Positions 29,406 to 37,966 of a DNA stretch of 64,000 bases are shown in pieces. Source of the DNA: a bacterium (GTDB lineage: Bacteria > UBA8248); the NCBI GenBank assembly GCA_965261085.1, contig OZ253442.1, positions 2,048,001-2,112,000 on the forward strand, written 5' to 3'. The notes beneath the pieces were generated by a model. The model was not told the DNA's origin. It did not search any database and saw only the letters and a list, made by a program, of their open reading frames with translations. The position numbers and the translations under genes are program-made. Positions within the stretch are counted from its first letter, which is position 1. Each line of letters opens with the position of its first letter.

Positions 29406-30623
29406 ATGAGCGCACGCATGAAACGAGGGCTTTGCATATTTATCGGGCTGGCGTTCGCCCTGGGCGTCGTTCTCTCCGCCGCGCCCGCCCAGGCGGCGAA
29501 GAAGCCGGTCGTCATCGGAGTGGCCATCGCACTCACCGGCAAAGTTTCCAAATCCGGGAAACTCACCCTTCGCGGGTACGAGATGTGGCAGCGCGAGGTC
29601 AACGCGCGGGGCGGACTGCTCGGCCGCAAGGTCGTGCTCAAGGTCTATGACGATGAGAGCAACCCCACCACCGGGGCGAAGCTCATCGAACGCCTCATCA
29701 ACCGCGATAAGGCGGAAATCATTTTTGGCCCCTTCAGCAGTCCGGTCACCTACGCGACGAGCACCGTCACCGAAAAATACAAATTCCCCATGATCGCGGG
29801 CGGCTCCAGCAGTTCCAAGCCGTTCTCCCGGGGCTACAAGTATCTCTTCCAGGTGATGCGGGTGAACAACGACGCCCTGCTCGGCAATCTCTCCCTCTTG
29901 AAGGAAAAGGGCGCGAAGACCATCGCCATCATCCACTCGGCCAGCATCTACCCCTCTTCTCTCGCCAGAGGGGTCCGGAAACTGGGCGAGAAGCTCGGCT
30001 TCAAGGTGGTCTCGGTGGACAAATACCCCCCAAAGACCACGGACTACACCTCGCTCCTCTTAAAGGCGAAGGCCCTGAACCCCGACGTCCTCTGCCTGTT
30101 CGGCTACTACCCCGACGGGCTGGCCATCTCCAAGCAGGCCAAGGAGATGGACGTCAACCCCCGCCACCTGAACGTCATGCTGGGAGCTTCGTATGACGAG
30201 TACGGCTCCAAGAAGGGCGTGGGGCTGGATTCGAATTACGTGAGCGGCTACACGGGCTGGGAGCCTTTCATGAAAACGCCGGGCAACAAGGCGTTCGTCA
30301 AGAGGTATTTCGATGAGTACAAGGACGACCGCTTCATGGACGCGCACGTCACCTACGGCTACATCGTCGGCCAGGTGATGGAAAAGGCGGTGAAAAAGGT
30401 CGGCTCGTTCGACAGGGATAAAATCCGCGACGCGATCGCCGCGATGAAGTTCGACAGCATGATGCCGGGGCAGTTCCGGGTCGATCCCGAGACCGGCATG
30501 CAGGTCGGACACCAGTGGGCGGCCTTCCAGTGGCAAAACGGAAAAAAGGTCATCGTATGGCCGAAGAGCGCCGCCACGGGCAAGTTCATCTACCCCACAC
30601 CCAAGTGGAGAGGAAGAAACTAG
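29406..30623 (+). CDS. Branched-chain amino acid (LIV)-type ABC substrate-binding protein
   Basis: Signal peptide; NARGGLLGRKV..YDDES and GPFSS motifs; RBS GGAGG. Confidence 0.9.
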   Translation: MSARMKRGLCIFIGLAFALGVVLSAAPAQAAKKPVVIGVAIALTGKVSKSGKLTLRGYEMWQREVNARGGLLGRKVVLKVYDDESNPTTGAKLIERLINRDKAEIIFGPFSSPVTYATSTVTEKYKFPMIAGGSSSSKPFSRGYKYLFQVMRVNNDALLGNLSLLKEKGAKTIAIIHSASIYPSSLARGVRKLGEKLGFKVVSVDKYPPKTTDYTSLLLKAKALNPDVLCLFGYYPDGLAISKQAKEMDVNPRHLNVMLGASYDEYGSKKGVGLDSNYVSGYTGWEPFMKTPGNKAFVKRYFDEYKDDRFMDAHVTYGYIVGQVMEKAVKKVGSFDRDKIRDAIAAMKFDSMMPGQFRVDPETGMQVGHQWAAFQWQNGKKVIVWPKSAATGKFIYPTPKWRGRN

Positions 30624-30725
30624 CCGCTCCCCGGAGGGTGTGAACAAGTGTGATTTGATCGTCGTCGGCCCGCCTACCGCTCCCGGGCGGGGGGCGGGCG
30701 CCGACGCACGAGGAGAACGTGCGCC

Positions 30726-31604
30726 GTGAGCCTGGAAATAATGCCGCTCATGTTCACGCAGGCCGTCATCAGCGGCATGTTGATGGGCGCGGTCTACGCC
30801 CTCCTCGCCCTCGGCCTCACGATGGTCTTCGGCGTCATGCGCGTCATCAACATCTCACACGGCGAGATGCTCATGCTGGGAGCCTACGTGAGCTTCTGGC
30901 TCTTTCACCAGTTCGGCCTGAGTCCCCTGCTGGCCATACTGGTCGCCGCCCCGCTCATGTTCGCCGTCGGGGCGCTCATCGAAAAGGGGATCATCGAAAA
31001 AGTCGTCGAGGACATCGAGACGAACTCCCTCCTCGTCACCTTCGGGGTCTCCATCTGCATCGTGAACATAACCATCTGGCTGTGGACCACCGACTTCAAG
31101 GCCATCCCCTACCTCTCGGGCTCTTGGTTCTACGGCTCGCTGGTGTTTCCAAAACCCCGCTTGGTGGGCGCGGCCTTCGCCCTCGCGCTGACGGCGCTCG
31201 TCTACTTTTTTCTCAAATTCTCCCGCCTCGGCAAGGCCATCCGCGCCACGGCCGGCAGCCACGATCTGGCGGCCACCTGCGGCATTCACGTCAAGCGCAT
31301 CTACTTCGTCACCTTCGGCCTGGCGAGCGCGATGGGCGGAGCCGCGGGCGTGCTGGCGAGCATCATGTTCGCCATCTACCCCGAGATGGGCGAATCGTTC
31401 CTCATGCGCTCGTTCACCGTCATCGTGCTCGGGGGGATGGGCCACGTCATGGGGGCGGTGCTCGGCGGGATGGTTTTGGGGCTGGCGGAGGGCATCGGCA
31501 GCCTCTATCTCAGCGGAGAGGGCGGGGGAGCCATCTCGTTCGCCATTTTACTGCTCATCCTCATCTTTCGCCCTTCCGGCCTCCTGGGCCGGCGGGAGGA
31601 ATGA
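30726..31604 (+). CDS. LIV-type ABC permease (LivH-like)
   Basis: YALLALGLTMVFGVMRVINISHGE, GKAIRA, VLGGMG and RPSGLLG motifs. Confidence 0.9.
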   Translation: MSLEIMPLMFTQAVISGMLMGAVYALLALGLTMVFGVMRVINISHGEMLMLGAYVSFWLFHQFGLSPLLAILVAAPLMFAVGALIEKGIIEKVVEDIETNSLLVTFGVSICIVNITIWLWTTDFKAIPYLSGSWFYGSLVFPKPRLVGAAFALALTALVYFFLKFSRLGKAIRATAGSHDLAATCGIHVKRIYFVTFGLASAMGGAAGVLASIMFAIYPEMGESFLMRSFTVIVLGGMGHVMGAVLGGMVLGLAEGIGSLYLSGEGGGAISFAILLLILIFRPSGLLGRREE

Positions 31605-31611
31605 AGCGCAA

Positions 31612-32538
31612 GTGAAAAAATACGCCCTCATCATTCTCGTGCTGGCCGCGCTTTGTCTCTACCCCTACTTCATGGGGCCTTATTTCATATCCATGGCGCT
31701 TTTGATCTTCATGTACATCAGCCTCGCCGGAAGCTGGAACATCATCTCGGGCTTCGTGGGCTACGTCTCACTCGGCCACGCGGTGTTCTTCGGGGTCGGG
31801 GCGTATCTGGCGGCGCTCCAGATAACGAACTTCGGAACCCACTGGCTGCCGGCCTCCCTGCTCGCCGGCGTGGGGACGTCCCTGCTGGCGGTGCCCGTGG
31901 GGGCGCTCTGCCTGCGCCTCAGGGGGCCTTTTTTCGCCATCTTCATGCTCGGGCTGAACGAGCTGATGGCCATCGTCGCCTCGGTGTACGACAACATCAC
32001 GGGCGGGGCGGAGGGGCTCTCCCTGCCCATCCTCCGGCAAATCATACCGCTCTACTTCGCGATGGGGCTCACGGCGCTCTCGGTTTTCCTCGTGATGCGG
32101 TGGCTCGAATCGAGCCGCTTCGGCCTGAGGCTCCTCTCGATTCGCGAGGACGAGACGGCGGCGGATACGCTGGGGACGAACACGACCCTCTACAAGCTGG
32201 TCGCCTTCATCATGAGCGCGTTCTTCCCGGGCGTCGTGGGGGGGATTTACGCCCGCTACATCACGTATATCGACCCCGAGACGGTGTTCAACATCCTCTT
32301 CAGCGTCCAGATGGTGCTCATGTGCATCCTGGGCGGGAGGGGGACGGCGTGGGGTCCCGTTATCGGGGCGACGGTGCTCTATCTCATTCTGGAATTCACC
32401 TGGGCGAATTTCCCCCACTTCCACAAGCTGGCGTCGGGGACCCTGATCGTCCTGATCATTCTCTACGCGCCTCGTGGGATCATGGGCTTTATCTACGGGA
32501 GGGGGCTCGCGCAGTTGCGGCCCTCATTCAAGAATTGA
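31612..32538 (+). CDS. LIV-type ABC permease (LivM-like)
   Basis: SWNIISGFVGYVSLGH, LRLRGPFFAI, TGGAEG, IREDE and ILGGRGT motifs. Confidence 0.9.
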   Translation: MKKYALIILVLAALCLYPYFMGPYFISMALLIFMYISLAGSWNIISGFVGYVSLGHAVFFGVGAYLAALQITNFGTHWLPASLLAGVGTSLLAVPVGALCLRLRGPFFAIFMLGLNELMAIVASVYDNITGGAEGLSLPILRQIIPLYFAMGLTALSVFLVMRWLESSRFGLRLLSIREDETAADTLGTNTTLYKLVAFIMSAFFPGVVGGIYARYITYIDPETVFNILFSVQMVLMCILGGRGTAWGPVIGATVLYLILEFTWANFPHFHKLASGTLIVLIILYAPRGIMGFIYGRGLAQLRPSFKN

Positions 32539-32606
32539 CCCCCCACCGCATCAGCCTTCGCCCAAAACGCTCGGCTTCTGCGACTCCCCCTCAAGGGGGG
32601 AGTAAT
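32538..32606. repeat. Family A REP half-element
   Basis: ...GCTCGGCTTCTGCGACTCCCCCTCAAGGGGGGAGT, as at 15481 and 33936. Confidence 0.7.
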
Positions 32607-32694
32607 TCTTCTCTCTCGTCGGTCGGCAATATTGCCCAAGGGGGGATTGATTCCAAAAAGGGGATGGGGCTCGTAAGGGCGCCGTAAGGTCGGC

Positions 32695-33657
32695 TTAATC
32701 GACGTAAATACAGGTTCCCGCCTCTCCGCGCAGGGCCGGGAGGGCATCTTCCAGGGCGGCGATGCAGATGCGCTTGCCTCCCCCTTCGAGAAAGCGGATC
32801 GCCGCCTCTATCTTGGGTCCCATGCTGCCGGGCGGGAAGTGGCCCTGGGCGTGATAATTCTTGATCTCGGATAGCGAAACTCTATCCAGTTCGCGCTGCT
32901 GCGGCGTGCCGAAGTGGACGGCCACCCTGGGCACGGCCGTCAAGATCATCATGTCCTCTACGCCTAAGACGTTGGCCATGAGGGCGGAGGTCAAATCCTT
33001 GTCGATGACGGCGTCGAGCCCCCGACGCGCGCCGTCGGCCTCGCGCACGACGGGAATGCCCCCGCCGCCGCCCGCGATCACCACGGCGCCACTTTGCGCT
33101 ATGGCCTGGATGAGCGAGATGTCCACGATGTGTTTAGGCCTGGGGGAGGCGACCACGTGCCGCCAGCCGCGGCCCGAGTCCTCGCGCATCGTCCAGCCCA
33201 TCTCCTTCTCATACCGCCTGGCTTCTTCTTCCGTGTAGGTGTAGCCCACGAACTTCGTCGGCGCGTCGAAGGCCGGATCGTCGGGGTCGACCTCGACCTG
33301 GGTCAGGAGGCAAACCACGTGGCGCGGGTCGCCCGCGCGCCTGAGCGCGTTCTCGAACGCCTGCATGAGCAGGTAGGCGATTCCCCCCTGGCTGTGAGCG
33401 ACGCAGATGTCGAGCGTCATCGGCGTCACCTGCTCGCTCGAAATCGCCTGTCGCATGAGGATTTTGCCCACGACGGGGCCGTTTCCGTGCGTGATGATGA
33501 GTTCGTTCTTGAGTTGTAGGAGGGGCAGCAGCGCGCGGCCCGTCGCCGCAGCGATGGCGGCCTGCTCCTCGGCGGTGCCGCGTATCTCGGGCGGATGGGT
33601 CGCGTTGCCGCCCACGGCGACGAGGATGCGTTCGGGAAGTTCGGGCGGGGAGGCCAT
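32695..33657 (-). CDS. arcC: Carbamate kinase
   Basis: VAVGGNA, ITHGNGP, VVASPRP, GGGGGIPV, AVIDKD and GSMGPKIEAA motifs. Confidence 0.93.
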   Translation of the reverse strand: MASPPELPERILVAVGGNATHPPEIRGTAEEQAAIAAATGRALLPLLQLKNELIITHGNGPVVGKILMRQAISSEQVTPMTLDICVAHSQGGIAYLLMQAFENALRRAGDPRHVVCLLTQVEVDPDDPAFDAPTKFVGYTYTEEEARRYEKEMGWTMREDSGRGWRHVVASPRPKHIVDISLIQAIAQSGAVVIAGGGGGIPVVREADGARRGLDAVIDKDLTSALMANVLGVEDMMILTAVPRVAVHFGTPQQRELDRVSLSEIKNYHAQGHFPPGSMGPKIEAAIRFLEGGGKRICIAALEDALPALRGEAGTCIYVD

Positions 33658-33904
33658 CAGCGGTATCTCCCAATAAACCCCGGCCTTCGGAAGCGGCGGC
33701 ATACAAATGCGGGTACAAGTCCCGCGCCGTCCTAAAAGCCGGGAGGAACATCTTACAACAAGCGGGGCGTTGTGGGGTAGAGAAATTTTTTGGGGGCAAG
33801 CACGACTGATGAAGGAGCGATTGCCGATTGAGGAAGGTATCGGTTCGCAACTCCTCGCTCCTTGCTCCTCGCTCGAAAGAATTCCTCCTTCATCAGTCGG
33901 AATT

Positions 33905-34121
33905 CACCCCCCACGCATCAGCCGTCGCACAAACCGCTCGGCTTCTGCTACTCCCCCTCAAGGGGGGAGTGATTTTGGAATTTTCCTTGTTGGGATTTGA
34001 TCCGCTCGGTTGGAAACCCTCATTCTTTAATTGTCATTGACCCGCATTGGGAATCACTCCCCCCTTGAGGGGGAGTCAGTGAGGTAAGGGCGTAAGCCCG
34101 CAAGCGAACTGGTGGGGGGTG
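33905..34121. repeat. Two family A REP half-elements
   Basis: CTCCCCCTCAAGGGGGGAGTG near 33951 and CACTCCCCCCTTGAGGGGGAGTCAGTGAG near 34055. Confidence 0.75.
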
Positions 34122-34266
34122 AATCGCGACCGAGAAGGGAGCGATTGCTCCTTTTCAAGTCAGGCAGCCCCTCCTTCATCAATCGGGTTTGGCCCACACC
34201 CCCCGTTCATCCATACTCAAGCGGCGGATGGCGACGCGTAAGTCGCGCGCGAGTCGAAATAAGGGC

Positions 34267-34296
34267 TTGACAAGAATGGAAAATTTACCGCATTAT
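34267..34296 (+). promoter_or_regulatory. Putative sigma70 promoter at the start of the long lipoprotein leader
   Basis: TTGACA-N18-CATTAT; the -10 element is imperfect. Confidence 0.5.
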
Positions 34297-34475
34297 CCTA
34301 ATGCCGAGTAATTACACGAGAGCAGCCGCCCAAGGGACGCTCGCTGAATGCAGGACGGGCCTCATTCCAGAGGGCCGGAACGGGCGGGAACCACCTTGCG
34401 AAGTATGCACTCGCGTATGGCTTGGCGAAGCCCGGAAGACGACGACCCGGAAGGTTCCGGGCTTCAGTAGCAAAT

Positions 34476-35100
34476 ATCACGAGGCTAGAGGACTCGACTC
34501 ATCATGAAGCATGCCGCAAATCCCTCTCCAGTCTCGTGAATCAGTCAATCAGACGGCCCGGAGTTTTTCGTTCGCGCAAGCGGAGGCGCTCCGGCGCAGG
34601 GAAAGACGGTAAGCCCGGCGGGAGCCGGAGAAGCAGTAAATCACGAGGCTAGGCCAGAGGACTCGACCCGCGATGAAGCACGCCACGAATCCCCCTACCA
34701 GTCTCGTGAATTCACAGGCCATCGGCCCGGAGGCCCGGTTTCGCGCAAGCGGCGGCCCGGCCCCGGGAAAGATTGAAACCCGGGCAACGCCCGGATAAGG
34801 AGAATCGAAATTTCGGCTCGGGCCGGAGCGGTTTCATATCACGAGGCTGGAGGACTCAAACCATGATGATTCCTGAAAAGACTCCCACGCTAGTCTCGTG
34901 GATAAGCCGGCAACCGGCCCGGACTCGGCTGTCCGGGCCGGGGGCCTCGCGCTCCGGCGCCTGCCTGAAACGAATAAAAGCCCGATAACGGATGAAAGTC
35001 GGAAAGACAAACAGAAAGGAGGTTGGTTAAATCCAGACACTTCGGTTTTGTAGTAGCCAAAGTTCTTTAATAATATCACGAGACTAGGAGGACTCAAAAA
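34476..35100 (+). repeat. Tandem array of RBS-mimic hairpin units upstream of lipoprotein 1
   Basis: ATCACGAG(G/A)CT(A/G)...GAGGACTC at 34476, 34640, 34838 and 35075; inverted arms C(C/T)AGTCTCGTG at 34528, 34698 and 34890. Confidence 0.8.
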
Positions 35101-36633
35101 GTGATGAAACTCACCAGTAATAAAATCTTTTCATTCATGCTGGCGGCGGTGTTTGCGCTGACGCTCGCCGGCTGCGGCGGCGGCGGCGGCGGTACGGCTG
35201 CGGTGGATCCGGATCCTCCGGTGGTGACGCCGGAGCCTACCCCGCAGGAGATGTGCGCGGCGGATGGCGGGCGGTTTGAAGACGACGGGTCGTGCACCTC
35301 GGCCGCCGATCTCGAGACAGAACGTATAGCGGCGGAGGAGGCGGCAGCGGACAAAGTAGCAGATGCTACGAAATCGGCCGGTACGAAAGAAGAGGCCATC
35401 GGCGACGAGGCCGAAAGCGACGGTGCTGGCGGTCTCGGCGGCGCTACCGCTACTGCTCTCGACATCGAACACAAAGACGGCGCTGTGTCGATCGCGGTCA
35501 GCAGAGGCACCGGCGATGATAAGGTGGATTTCATGTCGGCCATGGATCTGACCGGCGTGGATGGCAGCACAGGCAGCATGAACTTGCTCGGCCCCAATGA
35601 TGACGACGTGACGGAAATCGCTATCGTCTACACCGACATCGACACGCCCACGCCCACGAAGTTCGGGGATGAGGGCACGGATGTCACGCTGAACGCCAAC
35701 CCTAAAACCACTAACGGCGAAGACTTCCAATCTGTCACTATCATCAATGATGATTTGGCGAAGATAGCGACGGATGGCATTACCGCTACAGGTGCTGGTG
35801 AGATCACTGTCCTGGCGGCAGTCGAGGACAACGACCAAACGGCGGATGTGGATGAGACCGTTGCGGCGTTTGAAACCGATGCCACCTTCGACGGCGCGGA
35901 TGGCAAATTGAAGTGCGCCCGCGACACCAACTGCATGGTCACGCTCGACGCGGACGGCAAGATAACTGATTTCAGCGCCGGATGGGAGTTCACACCCGCC
36001 GATGGCGCTAAGATCGACGTGGAGGACACTGACTACCTCTGGTACGGCGCCTGGCTGATGAAGACGGCGCAAGATGATGGCTCGGATGAATACAACCAGG
36101 TCGAGACCTTCGCGGATTCGACGCTTGTTGAGGCGAACAACGTTGGTAATGTCGATGGCAGCGCGGAATATAAAGGCGGCGCGGCAGGCGTGTACGTGAG
36201 AAACGTGTACGTACCATCAACTACGGGTGAGCAGAAACTCGACTATGCCAACTCCGGCCACTTCACGGCGAACGTCAATTTGACGGCGACCTTCGGTCAG
36301 ATGAACGCAGAGGGTTGTACTGGTGCTAACTGCGGCACCATCGCTCCCAACTTGATCAACACCGTAAGCGGAACCATCGACAACTTCAGCTTGTCCGGCG
36401 GCGAGGATGCGAGCGGCTGGGGCGTGGATGTGGCAGCCGGTATCAACGGCGCTGATCTTGAGAACGGAACGGCCAAGGGCGGTGGAGGTGATGATGGGTC
36501 GATTTCCGGAAACTTCCGCGGTACCGATACCGATGATGACGGTGCCATCGCGCCGAAAGCTCTGGTCGGCGAGTTCAACGCCGAGTTCACGAACGGCTCC
36601 GTGGCCGGTGGTTACGGTGCGAGAAGGCAGTAG
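35101..36633 (+). CDS. Surface lipoprotein 1 with a TbpB/Slam-substrate-like C-terminal beta-barrel
   Basis: Lipobox LAGC followed by poly-Gly; DYLWYGAWL, GSAEYKGGAAGVY, FTANVNLTATFG and terminal GSVAGGYGARRQ; RBS AGGAGG. Confidence 0.8.
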   Translation: MMKLTSNKIFSFMLAAVFALTLAGCGGGGGGTAAVDPDPPVVTPEPTPQEMCAADGGRFEDDGSCTSAADLETERIAAEEAAADKVADATKSAGTKEEAIGDEAESDGAGGLGGATATALDIEHKDGAVSIAVSRGTGDDKVDFMSAMDLTGVDGSTGSMNLLGPNDDDVTEIAIVYTDIDTPTPTKFGDEGTDVTLNANPKTTNGEDFQSVTIINDDLAKIATDGITATGAGEITVLAAVEDNDQTADVDETVAAFETDATFDGADGKLKCARDTNCMVTLDADGKITDFSAGWEFTPADGAKIDVEDTDYLWYGAWLMKTAQDDGSDEYNQVETFADSTLVEANNVGNVDGSAEYKGGAAGVYVRNVYVPSTTGEQKLDYANSGHFTANVNLTATFGQMNAEGCTGANCGTIAPNLINTVSGTIDNFSLSGGEDASGWGVDVAAGINGADLENGTAKGGGGDDGSISGNFRGTDTDDDGAIAPKALVGEFNAEFTNGSVAGGYGARRQ

Positions 36634-36651
36634 AAACAGAACAGAGCAAGA

Positions 36652-36696
36652 CGCCTGTGGTCTCGGGGCTTGACGATGAGCCCCGGGGCCGGGGCG
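36652..36696 (+). other. 3' stem-loop after lipoprotein 1, no U-tract
   Basis: GGTCTCGGGGCT...AGCCCCGGGGCC with G-U pairs on the + strand; conserved after lipoprotein 2. Confidence 0.6.
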
Positions 36697-36748
36697 AACC
36701 TAACAAGAAAGAAAAGGGGATTGCAAAGCAAGGCGAGTGACGCATTTT

Positions 36749-36948
36749 GGGGGTTACTCATTGGTTGCTCTCTATCGTCGGGAGCAAATTTACCGACCCA
36801 TGCTACAGAGTTTGAGTCCTCTCGGTGTGGGGAGGGAATAATGAGTAACCCCCACCTCTTCGCTATACCCGGTTTCCCCAAGTTTGGCAAGCTCAGGTTG
36901 GATTGATTCACAGAGGCGGTCCCGAGAGAAGGGGCCGCCTTTTGTTTT
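36749..36948 (+). ncRNA. Putative structured RNA containing an anti-RBS segment
   Basis: Perfect 14-bp closing stem (36749-62 with 36840-53), two internal hairpins with G-U pairs, and an intrinsic terminator. Confidence 0.6.
36914..36948 (+). terminator. Intrinsic terminator
   Basis: AGGCGGTCCC-loop-GGGGCCGCCT followed by TTTGTTTT. Confidence 0.8.
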
Positions 36949-37004
36949 GGTGTGGGGAAGAATGCAAACGCTCCCGCATTGGTCTCGGCAAACGCTCCTT
37001 TCTC

Positions 37005-37196
37005 GGGGTTGTTGAAAAAGACCCCTTTTTAGAGACTAGAGGGGACACCCCTTTCGACTGGTAAAAGCAACCCCCCTGTCCCCCCTTGTCAGGGGGGCTT
37101 TTCTTCCACCCCCTCGTCGGGGGGCATCGCCTTTACCCCCCTGACAAGGGGGGACAGGGGGGTTGCTCCCTTGACAAAGGCTTTTTCAACAACCCC
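37005..37196. mobile_element. MITE with IS1182-type ends enclosing a REP pair
   Basis: GGGGTTGTTGAAAAAG...CTTTTTCAACAACCCC terminal inverted repeats matching the IS at 40275; internal palindrome CCCCCTGTCCCCCCTTGTCAGGGGG. Confidence 0.75.
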
Positions 37197-37363
37197 TCTT
37201 CGGTCAGAATTGACCCTCAAGGGGGGAGTGAATTTCCTCTCTCATCAATCGGCAAACGCTCTCGCATTGGTCGCGTCAAACACTCATTCATCAATCGTGT
37301 TTGACCTTCATCGGTCGGAAGAATTCCACCCTGATCGGTCGCGTTTGCTCCTCATCGGTCGGA

Positions 37364-37832
37364 ATTGACGAAGCGCGCGATCTGTTCATATAGTAATGGA
37401 TGTCCCGAAGCGCCGGAGGACCCGTCGCCAAGGAGAAACGCATGACGACGTATGAATACCTGAACCTCACCGCCTCCTACGGCGGCCTTGCGCTGATCTG
37501 CTACGGCATCCGCGTCATGGCGAAGGGCGCCGAAATGCGCGCGACCGACTCCGAGCGCAAGCACGAGCAGGTGATGACCGCATCCGAGCGCAGGCACGAG
37601 GAGTCGATGACGTCCCTGCGCGAACTCATCGACGGGCAGGCGGAAAGCCGCATGGCCCTGCGCAAACTCATCGAGCGAACCGGATAGCGAACCACAAGGT
37701 CGTCATTCCGGCGCATGCCGGTGGCGACCGTGAGGTTGACCAGAACCAAAGTGGAACGTCCGGCGTCGGGCGTTTCTGCACCCCGGATAAAACGCTCCGG
37801 GATGACGAGCCAAACCTTTATCCGCCGCAGCA
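37364..37832 (+). repeat. Duplicated ~470-bp cassette (promoter, small gene, REP), copy A
   Basis: Nearly identical to 41965-42434; includes TTGACG-N18-TATAGT at 37365-37394. Confidence 0.9.
37442..37687 (+). CDS. Small protein with charged repeats (copy 2)
   Basis: 81 aa from MTTYEY; RBS AAGGAG; paralog of 28550-28828. Confidence 0.75.
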   Translation: MTTYEYLNLTASYGGLALICYGIRVMAKGAEMRATDSERKHEQVMTASERRHEESMTSLRELIDGQAESRMALRKLIERTG

Positions 37833-37870
37833 AACTCTCTCGCGTTTGACGCGTTTGATCTCACTCGGTT

Positions 37871-37900
37871 CCCTGCCGGAACCGGCAGGGGGCTTTTTTT
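37871..37900 (+). terminator. Intrinsic terminator upstream of lipoprotein 2
   Basis: CCCTGCCGG-AA-CCGGCAGGG followed by GGCTTTTTTT. Confidence 0.7.
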
Positions 37901-37966
37901 GCTCGAACGCGAGTGAGGAGAGGGGGTCAATATGTTATTATAACGAGACCAGAGGGGACTCAAAAA

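Noticed and set aside
34476-34903. Hairpin units as integron attC sites
   Set aside because: No RYYYAAC/GTTRRRY core boxes, no cassette ORFs and no integrase
34476-35100. Leader array as a CRISPR array
   Set aside because: Units are degenerate, the period is irregular (164, 198 and 237 bp), the spacers resemble each other, and no cas genes are present
36749-36856. tRNA or tmRNA gene (GGGGG start, CCCCCACC end)
   Set aside because: The stem is 14 bp, there is no TTC T-loop or D-loop consensus, and no CCA end
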